Shown here: piece by piece, positions 40,901 to 52,412 of the stretch
Layout: the number at the start of each line of letters is the position of its first letter
Position numbering within the stretch: the stretch's first letter is position 1
Assembly: GCF_964355755.1 (NCBI RefSeq)
Contig: NC_092678.1
Location: 21,965,365 to 22,029,364, forward strand
Origin: Antedon mediterranea
Taxonomy: Eukaryota; Animalia; Echinodermata
Direction of reading: 5' to 3'
DNA: 64,000 bases
Position numbers and translations under genes: made by a program
Notes under the pieces: generated by a model
Seen by the model: the letters and a program-made list of their open reading frames with translations, nothing else
What the model was told of the DNA's origin: nothing
The model's database searches: none

Positions 40901-43900
40901 TTAGCTAAAGCAATGCCGCTGGAGAACAACGTTAATACGGTGATTGTGATTGGGGGCGTGCATTGGCTAGCAACGCATCATCTGAAAGTGGTTAAAGACA
41001 TACTATTAAGGTATTAATTTTTTTTTATATATAAAATTTCTGGTTTGTTACTGATAATGGTTTGTTATTTATAAGCAATAAAGATTAAGAGATTTTGATA
41101 GTTTGCTATGGGGTAATTTTTACATCATAATTGCGGTATCTTTCTTTGCTTAGCAGGAACTTGTTTGAGTAGTCACACATGCAATTGAAAAAACATTTGC
41201 TAAAACTTCTATTAACTATAATGCCATTATGTTTCCTTTCTAATATTAATTTGTTTTCTCAATTGACTATTAATGTTACAAATCAAAAAGTTATTAAGAA
41301 AATAAGAAAAACAACATTCATGTCACTTCAGCAAAAATGTGACAATTTTTATCAAGATTTTACTCCCAAGACAAATTAGAGCGGAAATGCAATGAAATTA
41401 CTTGAGCCTTCACACTTGTATCCTAGGAATTAGAAAACTAAAAGAAGTCAATTTTCATGTTGTAAATGCTGAAATGTAACTAAATATGAAAAACAATCAA
41501 CCAAATATTGACTGCATTTTTATCAAGATAGTCCCTTGTTTATTAAGAATCGGAAATGCAATGAAATAGTTTGATCTTTCACACTTGTGCAGCTCCAAGG
41601 AAATACTGACAAATAACAGATATGGCATTTTTCATAGTATTATTAAGGAATTTAAAAAACAGAATATTTTACGGTGTTTTTAAGTGTGTATAAAGTCGTC
41701 CTACGCAGATCCTTGTGGAATTTGCGAGAGAAACACATGGCTTTAATTATCGGTGTCGGTGAATTTGAGCTGTGATTGGATTTTACATGTGGATACTGTA
41801 GATAGTCACAGTCGCATGTTAAGAAAGCATGTAGGCAGGATTTTAAAGGAAGGGTTTTTTGTTCCGCGAAAGGGCCAAAAACTGTCATGAGCTACTGTAG
41901 GCTACAGTAGTTAGGCCATTTACTGTCACTTCTGCTGCCAGTGTTAGTCACTAGCTTAAAGAGGACCAAAAACTGCCATGAGCTAGGCTAGTTGGGCAAT
42001 ATACAGTCACTTCTGCTGCTGCTATAGTTCTAGCTTGAAAACGGCCAAAAACTGTCATGAGTAGGCTAGTTAGGCTATTTACTATAACTATTAAAAGCTG
42101 CTGCTGTCTTTACTTTATATGAGTACTTTAGGCGGGGTTCATCCTAACCCTCAAACCCCTGGTTGTGCAAATAGTTTAAACACACTACTAGAGTATAACA
42201 TTTTGCCTCACTTCTTTCATCAAGGATATCTTAATCTGAAATCCACGGAAGACGCTCACATCTCAAAATACATCTTACATTCAAACCTTATGAAAACACT
42301 TAAAACAGTAGTGAAAGTCGGACGTTAAGGTTATTAGTAACAGATGGTAGCGATAAAGTGACGGACAGTGATTTGTAAGGACATTCCGCCATTTGTTCTG
42401 CATCAGCTGTAATAATAAAAAAATGTGTGCGAGTTTTATCGCTTATGATTTCAATCAAAGCTAAGTGGCGGACATCAAAGCGTTAATATTATCAAAAGCA
42501 GGAAAGAAAGATTGATGGAAATTGGAGTCGAAGAACATTTGAGAATTCTCTCATAGACTTTAACAGTGAAACATGTGCGCGAGATTTAAGCAGAACATTT
42601 TGATTTGTGAGGAAGTACAAAAGAAAATAATTAACATTATAGAATATCTATGAAAAAACTAAACTTTCTGTGGAATTTTTCTTAAATCCTATTACTGTAC
42701 ACAGTACATAATATTTTAATTATACACAATATTATATCTCATGCTTTTCATATTTGCTCAAATTACTTAAGCCTTGTCTACACTATCAAACTTTATGTGA
42801 CAAAAAAATGTGATGTGCCCATATATGGACAATATGATGTCATATCACTACCATATTTGGGCACATCACTACCATATGACACATAAAGTTTGATAGTGTA
42901 GACAAGGCTTTAGGGAAACAAAGGCCTAGTAATCTTTCTTATTTTTTACTCTAATTCAACCATTGTTATTTGATTGTTTGTTCATTTTAATATTAAGGAA
43001 CTTATAGTGAGTGAACTGACTATTGAGTGTATACTGGAAAGCCCTGGTAATGCTACTATCACGTTTGTGGTTATACAGTAATAGAAAAACATGTTTATTT
43101 TCATCAGTATATTGCAGTTTTTACAATAGTTTGATGACATAGTGTAATGATGATGGAAGAGAATTTCCCAATGGGTTTAGTTGTGATGCAATGACATTGT
43201 TCTTGCCCAGGCCCACTCTCTTCCGTAGGGCATGATTGATAATCAATCCCAGGGTATGTCAAAGACCTGGAAATCTGGTCGTACAGTACTACAGTAGATA
43301 TCATTCACAATAATATAGCACACAAGAAACTACTAGGCAACTAGTCAACCACCTTACCGAGTACGCCACTGATACTTCAAGCGCTGTCTACACTATCAAA
43401 CTAGTTTGACAAAATATGTGTGATGTGCCCAAATATGCTAGTGATATGATGTCATCATGTTCATATGGGCACATCACTTTTTTTTTGTCACACAAAGTTT
43501 GATAGTGTATAGTAGCTTCAGAGCATGTCAAGTTAAAAATAAAATGTAAGCAATTAAGAAAAACAGTTTTTTAATTTGGCCTATATCACCTAAATCATCT
43601 TTAACTATTATTAACATTGTTTGCCAAAATGTAAGCTCTGTATAAATATCACTAAATAGCATGAGTAATTGTTCTTATGTAAACATGGTAATGAAACACT
43701 TTATACTTTGTAATTAAATTAAGGGTGAATGTTATCAGGGGTCATCAATGCACATCAATAGGGTTACACTGTCTGTCAGGGGACTTCTAGGCCATCTCAT
43801 AGCCTCATGATGTTCATTAGTTGTGATGTTTTATTGTATCGCACGGGGCTAGGATTGATGATTCATTTTAGGGGAAGTTAGCCTGAAAGTAGCCTGGCCC

Positions 43901-46900
43901 TATCCTGAATGCTGGTGATGAGTGGGATATGAAATCTAGTCTCAGGGGGCTGGCTCGGCCCCTTGGGAATTGAACATTTATAGATTACACAGTACAGTAG
44001 AGTAGCCAACCACAACAGGAAAGCTAGAATTGTTTATGGTTGACTATTTCCATCAAACAAGAGTTCTTCACAAACTGTCTTCGTACATAACTTTGCAAAC
44101 AAGTGTTGAATAGCTGTGTTGCTACAGATAAATGCAGAAATACATCATCATTGTTCTTAATAAAGAAACCAATGGTACAGATTGTAAAATTATTATTCCA
44201 TTCCTAATACACACTACTTATAAATCAGTTCTCTAAACAAGTATGCAATTATAAAAAAAACTATCAAGTATCAATTATACTGCAACAAATATTGATACCC
44301 AAGTTTTAATTTTAATTCCAATTGATGCTAATCAAGTTTGTGATTATATTTATAGAGAAGGCCTATCAGATGTTACTCTTATCATGAAAAGTCTTGGTGC
44401 TGGATTTCACCAAACAGTAGATGGAATACACTATCTTACTCCAGTAAGTAATACACAAAAATACCATACTGTACTGTATATCTACGGTATAATCCCACTT
44501 CATGTCTAATCCCACTTCATGTCTAATCCCACCTCATGTATAATCCCACTTCATGTCTAATCCCACTTCATGTCTAATCCCACTTCATGTCTAATCCCAC
44601 TTCATGTCTAATCCCACCTCTAATTTATGTCTAATCCCACTTTATGTCTAATCCCACTTCATGTCTAATCCCACCTCTACTTTATGTCTGACAAACATGC
44701 ATATCCCCTGGTATAGTCCCAGTATTGACTTTTGGTTTGAATGTAGGCTTCTCTTTACTCCATGTCTCTAGCCAATTCAAATAAGTTTTTACAAGAAATG
44801 CTTACTAATCATTATTTTCCTGAACAAGGTTTCCCTGATTATAACCCACCTCCCAAAGTCGGCCCAGTTTTGTGTTCTAGGGAGGTGAAGTAATCAAAAT
44901 ATGAGCACCAGGTCTTCTGTCGTGAGGTAATTTCCCGATTGATCGTAATCAAAACGGTACTGGGTATAGTCTACTAGCTTTTCTGCTCCCAACCAGTACA
45001 TCCATTCATAGAAGCCTTGATAAAGTAAGCCTACCTGGTGGTAACCATAGAACGGTCCCGAGATAACGACTATACTTCAGTCGTAGATTGTATATTATGC
45101 GATAAATATTATTTAATAAATTTTTGATATATTATTATTATAATATTAATAAAAAGATATTTGTTAGTATAAATTTTGAAAATATAGATATGAGGAAGAA
45201 AAAGCAAAGAGATTATGGAGCGGCTGTACCAGAATATACAACACTAAGTATTGTAAAGTTTTAATATACTAAAAAATTTAGGCGATCTTGTCTTTCCCAT
45301 TTTTTGGTCACCTACTTTTCAGGATTGGGATTGTAGGTTATTACTTGTAATACTATAAATAATAATAACATACAATGTACACATTTTGATGGTGGAATTT
45401 GTGTTTCTCTGCAGAAAGAACAGCATAAAGTCTTACTACACAATCAAGGACTTATACAACAGGCACAGAGACTAGGCTTTGAAGTGATCGACACATTCAA
45501 CATTACAATGGCTAGGTACAAAGACTTCCTGCAAGGAAAATGTAGCTGCCACTTCCATAAGGTCAGAGGTTACTTTAATAATAGTTCTTTTAATTTTCCG
45601 CTGCACGCAACACTTTATTTCCTACTTAATTTTGTTATTACCGTATTATATAATACTGGCAGTAGCGTAACAACTAAGTGCTCACTGGCTAAACCAGAAG
45701 CCCTACTTACAGGACCTATGGTCAGAGTCTAGAGTAAGAAAACTGGCATTAAACTAAGTAAAAAAAGCCTAAACTATAGGCGCCTTGGGTCTCTGCATTA
45801 CGCCACTGAATATTGGCCTACATATTATTTTAAGAGTTTATGCGACAGAAATGAATGCAGATGAGCGGTTGTGTTTATCCTGTTAAATAGGTCTGATTTC
45901 CGTCTGCAACCTGGCGTATTTTATGCCACAGACTGGAGCTAATTTGTCGTAATTTTGGGAGAACCTGCCACATGCTCCAACAGACCTCGCATGATGATAG
46001 ACGTGTTCAGCTACTGGTTTCATTTTTGGATGCAAACTGGGTTTATAGATCAAAAATAATTATGGAAAATGTAAAGCAGGTTTTATGAATGTTAATATAA
46101 AGTTGATATAAATAAAAAGGTTTTATGAAGTTTTAAACATCGTATGGGAGGCCTACTGTAACTCAAACACTCGTTCACAAGTATGTATAATGCAATATCT
46201 GTTATCAAGAATAAATTTAGTTGAATCATATTAAGAATCTAGCATACAATAATACAGTACAGTGTTTAAAGTTTAGTGGTTTATCATTTTAAAGCTCCAG
46301 TACTTTCTATCCCTCTTCCCCCACTTTTTTCTCTCTATATTTTTCTGAAATGTTTGTAAACTGCCTATTTCCACTAGTGAAATGAACACACCACAGGAGC
46401 TCTAACCCCTTTCATAATTTGTTATTATAAATAATTCAAAATTTAGCAGGAAAGGTTAAATTCTATTTCCTATAGCCATTTCAGCCACTTTTTAAGGGGT
46501 ATCACGTTGGCCAGAAGGGGGAACAATCAAACCTTGCAGTTAAAGAGTTTTTAGGTGACTTCCTGTGTTTCATCGCTAGCCTTCATATTGGATAGCATTT
46601 GTTTAAAAAATCTGACAAGCTGTATTGCTATTTGATGTTATAATTGGGTTTGAGCCATGATAGTACTTTTATTTAAATGCTTAGGATAACATTGTTATGA
46701 CTTTAATGTTTAATATGATTGTGTTCACACACTTTCAGGGCTAAAAGGCTTTACATAGTATTGTTGTTAGGTATAAACTAAGATGATTCAGTATTTAATT
46801 CTATCTATTAAGGACTATGGTCAAGCATGTTATACTTAATCAGGCTGGTCATCCCATTTATAAATGGGATGATGAATAATTAGGCTAGTGCTGGTAAAAA

Positions 46901-49900
46901 CTAATTGTGTAAATGGAGTTTAGTATAAGAAGTATGCCTAATGGTGACTATGCCTAATAATATTGGTTGATATAATGTCTAATGGTGGCTATATATGCCT
47001 AATGTGGTGGCTCTATATGCCTAATAATAATATGATGGCTATGCCTAATATGATGGCTATGCCTAAAGTGGTGGCTATTTATAACTAGTATGGTATCTAT
47101 ACTGTATGCCTAATATGGTGGCTATATGCCTAATATGATGGTCATATGCCTAATATGGTGGCTATATGCCTAATATGGGTGGTCATATGCCTAATATGGT
47201 GGCCATAAATGCCTAATGGTGGCCATATGCCTAATGGTGGCTATACAGTAATATGCCTAATATGGTGACTATATATTTAATACAAATATGATGGCTACAT
47301 TATAATGCATTATATGGTGGCCATATGTATAATTATGATGGCTATATGACTAAAATGCTGGTCATATGCCTAATATTGTGGTTTTGGTACAAACAAGTCT
47401 ATATTGACTATTATTATTAATGACAAAAACATAGACATTTTGTGTAAATAAATGTTCACATAAACATTTAGTTATTTCTCGTAAACCAGAAAAAAAGCCC
47501 ACTTGTCTTCAACACATTTGTATTAATCAGAACAGTTACAAAATCGCACACTTGCTCCGTCTAGTTAAAACCAAATCTTGGCAACGATATGAATGGCAGC
47601 GGGTCTAACATTTCAAACGTGCTGATTGTAGAAACAGGTTTTGCACTCTACATTCTCTCAGGAACCCACTGTTTTCCTCAAGTAAGATTAACAAACAAAT
47701 CAGGGAAAGCCAAATTTCATTTCAATTTCAAAATTGTAGCAATTAAAAAAAACAATTACTATCGCAAAGAGAAATGTTTCTGAAATTTTCAGTGATTGAC
47801 AAATGTATGATACTGTTTATGTTGACTTTGACATTTTTCCATTGATTTTTGGTCGTGTTTCTGCAGCCAAAAATTAATCGATAATTAACTGTTCCTGTGG
47901 AAACGAGGTTTAACAGATTCCGATTTTTTATTAATTATCTGATTGGTTAAAAAATTATAGTTCGAAGGGTAATTTATTGGGGAAAATAGTTGTAAAAAGA
48001 AATTCTCTAAATTGTTCAGTTTTTAATGATCACAACAAAAACAAAATACTAGCCAACAGTTGCTAATAGTTCGGATACTGTGAAAGTGAAAAAGAAACTT
48101 TATCAACTTCGTGATTATTAATTTTAAATTTTTTATCAAATATATATTATTTTAAAACATTAATAAGTAGTGACATAAACTTACCATTTCCAGTATCTTT
48201 GTCAAAACATTTTTTTTAAAGTACAAGGTTAGACCGAGTTTAATTTTGCTCTTGTCAACTTCTGTCAAATGAAAAAGAAATAAATGTCATTTATGTTTCT
48301 AAGTCAAGGTTGTACAGTATTTTAACATTTTCTAAATGTATTAGAATTTACGCTAATTTGGTGTTGCGGTGTGTCACTAGATCATGTGATAGGAACCACT
48401 ACTATAACAAAATTCAGTATACAGTAATTACTCCATGCCATGAAAACATGCCATCATGTTTCACATAAATTCTTTATTATGTTATGAGCAATTGAATGTA
48501 CATTATACTAGATAGAGATAATATTGTGTAGAACTGGCATACCAAGAAAGTGAAAAGAAATCATTTTTTTAACTTTAATAATATATAATCTACTAATTCA
48601 GTAGCAATAATATTGTAATACTGTATGTTCTATCTTAGGTAATCCTCCTCTAAGCCTATTTAATTTTATGTCACTTAAAGCTAGACATTCCTACAGTGAT
48701 AGTTTGTGCGTACTGTAGCCTTAAAATCTCCAGAACCAAAATAGAATTAGGTTTGACAAGCTTGTTAAACGAATGAACAACAATGTATAACGTCCGTGTC
48801 CATACGTAATTCCGATACAAAACTCTGTACGAGGAAAACAATTATCAGTTAATTCAATCTGACTGAAGACAGATGAAGAAAATAGTACTATTATGCTTTA
48901 TAAAGCAACATGCTGACAACAAGAGTGCAAAACAAAATCCTGTTTGTCTGATATCAATAATAGTTATTAAGCCTGTAAGTTTAAAAAAAAAGTGTGATGT
49001 GCCCAAACATGGTAGTGATATACCCAAATATAGTAGTGATAATGTCCATATGGGCACATCTAATTTTTTGTCACAGAATTTTTGATACTGATAGTGTTGA
49101 CAGAGCTTTAGGTAAATTACAAATTTAAAAATATGTTAACAATTGAAATCTTAAATATGGAAAAATCATTTCATTTAAATCTAATTACATTGTGATATCT
49201 TTAATATATTGTAATATTTTGTACTAATATATTAGCCATTATAAACGTGGAAATTACATAATTGTTATTACCCATAATGCCTCAGGAGAGTACATGGCTT
49301 GATTAGTCTAACTGCAAATTACATAATTGTTATTACCCATAATGCCTCAGGAGAGTACATGGCTTGATTAGTCTAACTGCTGTTTGCCTGTCTGTCTGTA
49401 AAATTAATTGGCATCATTTAATCAAATTTAAATAATTTTCTAGGAATTTATTTTAGCAGACAATAATAAGAAGAATAACAGAAATAAATTGGATTTCAGA
49501 AAAATTAGGAATTTTTATATCAAAATCAACCAAACTAGTTTTGATGAGTTGAGAATTTTTTCCAACTTTAAAAGTAAATTTAACAATAAATCAATTCTTG
49601 TGTTAAATCTGAAATGGATTTTTATTTCTTACATAACACCCCATAAGCTCTAACGGTTTAGTTTCATCCCAGAATCCAGGACTAAAAAAACTGCACATTG
49701 AATAAAGTGCAAAACGTGTGTGTCCTCATATCACATTGTAATTGTTAAATAAAATCCGTCAACTGCCGATGGCACAGCCACCAACAGAACGCATCTCCTT
49801 TAATACTTTGCATACCGATGCCAACATAAACATGGTACCGTGCAGTCTGATGTTGATTGTTTGTTGATTAACACCTCCAGTCACTTTGACATGGGTGATA

Positions 49901-50591
49901 TTTGCATCTGTAACGTGTCCACGCTACTAAACTCCGATATCTGTAATGCTATTAACATCATGGCCCTAAAGTCAAATACACCATAATTTGATCATAAGAC
50001 ACCCTGCTGCACCAAAAGGTTATTCAATGGTTTGTGCTCTATAATACGTTTTCTAAATATTTTAATAACCCATCCGTCTCTGGTAAATGTTTTCCCTGTC
50101 GTGATAAAAGCCCCTCAACAGGAGTTATAATCCAATTATATTGTTTAATATATGGCGAATATTTTCTCCATTTAAAGCAATTGCTGTTTGCTAGCTTTTG
50201 TATTTAAATTTCAAACACAATTAATTAATATTTTTAACTAAATTAATTTTGTTTGTATGAAAAATTTAACTTTCGATAAACCAATTATCAAATACTCACT
50301 TGCTATGTTAATAAGTGAGTACTTGATATTTGGATTATAGAAAGTTACATTTTTTATACAATATTATTTTGAAACCAGGTGAAATTTTTCGAGAATTAAT
50401 TTTGTTTCTTCAAATACTAGGTCCAGGAGATAGTGGGTACCACACCTGGTTCACTACCACAACCACCACAAACCAAACATACCAAGATATACCGACGAGG
50501 GATGGCTGAGGAATCGTACAACTACCATGTACATGGTGACATCAATGCTTTATACTCAGAAATATTATTGAATCGGATTTGTGATCCATAA
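26332..50591 (+). CDS. CPED1: CPED1-like protein (TTL-like ATP-grasp, cadherin-like and PC-esterase domains), 19 coding exons, about 1116 aa
   Basis: All 19 exons join in frame with GT-AG introns (3351 nt including stop). Motifs: N-terminal TM anchor, FQLLGFDLIF..PVIIEVN, FSPEFDPYTSEYYAKVPYD, FLGDSTNRG, GKCSCHFH, YHVHGDINALYSEILLNRIC. Confidence 0.93.
28872..29240. repeat. (AT)n microsatellite cluster
   Basis: Four (AT)n runs near 28872, 29032, 29076 and 29213. Confidence 0.85.
31547..31745 (+). CDS. CPED1: CPED1-like coding exon 2
   Basis: ttgcag acceptor, G/gtacag donor, phase 0 to 1. Confidence 0.85.
32176..32318 (+). CDS. CPED1: CPED1-like coding exon 3
   Basis: ttgcag acceptor, AAG/gtactg donor; ...WMLMLCMT...LQAGQK. 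Confidence 0.88.
32989..33073 (+). CDS. CPED1: CPED1-like coding exon 4 (VNRIPGIRETLWRKDKFC)
   Basis: TTL-like VNxxPG...RKD motif; phases fit. Confidence 0.9.
33100..33260. mobile_element. MITE family A copy, near-consensus
   Basis: Perfect 22-bp TIRs; 27 nt downstream of CPED1 exon 4. Confidence 0.92.
33753..33982. mobile_element. MITE family A copy carrying an internal insertion of about 95 bp
   Basis: Both TIRs; consensus interrupted at CCCATATAT. Confidence 0.85.
34070..34250 (+). CDS. CPED1: CPED1-like coding exon 5 (..CWVLP..RWVVKS..)
   Basis: ttacag acceptor, gtaagt donor. Confidence 0.9.
34432..34609 (+). CDS. CPED1: CPED1-like coding exon 6 (VVQQYFPNPLLVFG..VRAHVLVTS)
   Basis: TTL-like QxY..NPLL and RxxVLVTS motifs. 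Confidence 0.92.
34707..34891 (+). CDS. CPED1: CPED1-like coding exon 7
   Basis: ttttag acceptor, gtaagt donor, open frame VPNRTWLFSQLK... Confidence 0.9.
35062..35134 (+). CDS. CPED1: CPED1-like coding exon 8 (CKHCFQLLGFDLIFNSTLHPVIIE)
   Basis: ATP-grasp/TTL GFD...E motif. Confidence 0.93.
35399..36029. mobile_element. Kolobok-like non-autonomous element
   Basis: TTAA|AGCCCCATTCCCT...AGGGAAGGGGTCT|TTAA; AG...CT termini; CpG-rich interior. Confidence 0.8.
36112..36285 (+). CDS. CPED1: CPED1-like coding exon 9 (VNGHPDL...)
   Basis: Completes the EVN motif; phase 0/0. Confidence 0.9.
36637..36741 (+). CDS. CPED1: CPED1-like coding exon 10
   Basis: GLNCQSSHQLCLTDGDLEYL; 105 nt; canonical splice sites. 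Confidence 0.9.
37012..37333 (+). CDS. CPED1: CPED1-like coding exon 11 (LYPSTENHKY...QCSE)
   Basis: 322-nt open frame, phases fit. Confidence 0.9.
37500..37689 (+). CDS. CPED1: CPED1-like coding exon 12 (start of cadherin-like domain)
   Basis: FSPEFDPYTSEYYAKVPYD. Confidence 0.92.
38142..38322 (+). CDS. CPED1: CPED1-like coding exon 13
   Basis: PANYSIGIGDNRVNLLVVD...TYVVHVYRE...CSLIQ. Confidence 0.92.
38490..38613 (+). CDS. CPED1: CPED1-like coding exon 14
   Basis: ECDLKFIPFDRCGL...LPLCKAGDSP. Confidence 0.9.
40184..40320 (+). CDS. CPED1: CPED1-like coding exon 15
   Basis: GQWTIPCGMC..RWQPYTC..LQECMAGKR, the Cys/Trp-rich lead-in to the PC-esterase domain. Confidence 0.93.
40688..41010 (+). 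CDS. CPED1: CPED1-like coding exon 16 (GDS nucleophile motif)
   Basis: VIFLGDSTNRGIMYY...IGGVHWL. Confidence 0.94.
41865..42090. repeat. Three diverged tandem units of about 85-90 bp
   Basis: CCAAAAACTGYCATGAG...TAGTT recurs three times. Confidence 0.8.
42770..42909. mobile_element. MITE family A variant (AGCCTTGTC termini)
   Basis: Matching variant TIRs at both ends, TTA duplication at 42767-69 and 42910-12. Confidence 0.92.
44356..44443 (+). CDS. CPED1: CPED1-like coding exon 17
   Basis: EGLSDVTLIMKSLGAGFHQTVDGIHYLTP; gtaagt donor. Confidence 0.92.
44490..44689. repeat. 17-bp minisatellite (TAATCCCACTTCATGTC)n, about 11 units
   Basis: Direct tandem array just downstream of CPED1 exon 17. 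Confidence 0.95.
45415..45561 (+). CDS. CPED1: CPED1-like coding exon 18
   Basis: GFEVIDTFNITMARYKDFLQGKCSCHFHK. Confidence 0.94.
45660..45808. mobile_element. hAT-like MITE
   Basis: CAGTAGCGTAA...TTACGCCACTG; TSD AATACTGG/AATATTGG. Confidence 0.85.
46933..47382. repeat. Degenerate minisatellite of about 20 bp (ATGCCTAATATGGTGGCTAT)n
   Basis: About 20 diverged tandem units. Confidence 0.9.
49251..49380. repeat. Perfect 65-bp tandem duplication
   Basis: 49251-49315 is identical to 49316-49380. Confidence 0.95.
50421..50591 (+). CDS. CPED1: CPED1-like terminal coding exon 19
   Basis: YHVHGDINALYSEILLNRICDP then TAA at 50589-50591. Confidence 0.92.
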   Translation, partial: VQEIVGTTPGSLPQPPQTKHTKIYRRGMAEESYNYHVHGDINALYSEILLNRICDP

Positions 50592-52412
50592 TAATGTAAT
50601 AGCTTCAAGACTGTGTCTTTTAAAAAAAACAGACCAAACTGCTAGTTATTTTCCTAAAGACATTCATTAACAAAATATGTTGTTTCATGTGTGTGATATT
50701 TTATTTTATGTGCCTTACTCTATCATGATAAATTTGTCATTATATTTATTTTTAAATTACTGAGGAATTAATTATTTAAATCATAGTCAACTGAATTAAT
50801 GTTTTATGTATGGGAACTTGAAAAACAAGCACAGGGTGGCAGTATGATTGTCAACCTAAATTTCTTTTACCCACCCTGCCTTAATACACCTCGTCTTAAT
50901 ACACCCCTCCCCAAGATGGGGTTAAACATCTTATCACATTGATCTGTTTTTAGGGGCAGATCCAGGATTTTTAAAGATGATTAAAGCCCATGTGATATCA
51001 CTGTAATTATTTATGATAACCTGTTGTGTTTGTAAATTCCTTGTATCAATTTTGTTACCACAACCAAATTATTCTAACCTCATAAATACTAAATCAACAG
51101 TTGTAAAAATTGGGAAAATAAATGTAAACAATTTGGAAACTACAAAGGTCATCCATATCAGGTGCTTGACATCGTAACCTAATTTATTTGATTTTCCGTG
51201 TTTTACCAATTATTTGTAATTTAAATTATTTATTCTTATATTTTTTTTTCCTTTTGGTAAACCTTAAAAAACAGACTTAATATTTCGCTATGTTTTGGCT
51301 TCTAGCATCGGTAGCCTTGTTCACGAGAGTGACATATTGGTTATTTATCATCACTTATTGTGTCTCGGGTTGTCTAGCGCCACCACCACTTGTTTCAGCT
51401 TTTCGCTATTTCTATTTTTTATGGTTTACCAAAAGGAAAAAAAAAAATTAATTATTTGAAACCAGATGAATTTTTTCAAGAAATTATTTATTCGTTGTAT
51501 AATGATTAATAAATATTATTTATGCAATCTCCCTGAAACATAGTCAATTGACTATCCTATAAGTTACATAAATGACTTAAGTATGTAAATAGTGTAACTA
51601 AATTAGTATAGAATTTTCTTTGTAAATTATGTAAATATATGCATGTAAAGATAAATTATTTGATTTTCTGAAGAAAAGTTTAGGCTTATTAGAATTATGA
51701 TATTTGTAATGAGAATTGGGAAAAATGTTTTTTGATGGATAGAAATGACAAAATATGCTTTATCAAACAGTGAACAAACTAGGTGCTAAATTGTACTTGA
51801 ACAAGAATGCCTTACTTACAGGAACATTTTATAAGAAAAATAAATTTTAAAAGTAGTGAATATGATGATCTGTGATTTCATACAATACATGTAAATGTAA
51901 ATACAATATAATCATTACTATAACACTGTTGATGTTGTTACCCACCAACACTTAATTTCAAAGCAGACCCTGCTCGATGCTGTTTGTTTTAACACTATGC
52001 CCAAGCCTACAGTAGTACAGAGAAGAGTAAAATTAAGTAATTTCACTCTTCCCTGACCCTGAGGTTGAAAAGACCTCTTCTTGCCTAGAGCTGCTCTCTC
52101 TAGGCCTACATACATGTATTATAAACACTAACCCTAAAACGTACGATTACAATATGTAAGATGGCCTAGCGTAAGTAGGTTTAGGAGGTCAGCCTATACA
52201 GTAGACCTATTAGGTCTAGCCTAGGTAGGCCTACTGCTCGGGCTAGGCTAGGCCTGGTGGCAGTTAGTAGGTACTCAGGATTAGAGTGATTGGCCTATTA
52301 TGGCGACGTTTTAATCAACTTTGTAGATAGGTCATAATCGTGAAAACCGTGCACTCTTCTTTAGCCTTAAAATCAGCCAAACACATCAGTTCAATTAATG
52401 TTTAAAACTTAC

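Noticed and set aside
44490-44689. Short-repeat array as CRISPR or telomere
   Set aside because: Contiguous 17-bp units without spacers; not TTAGGG.
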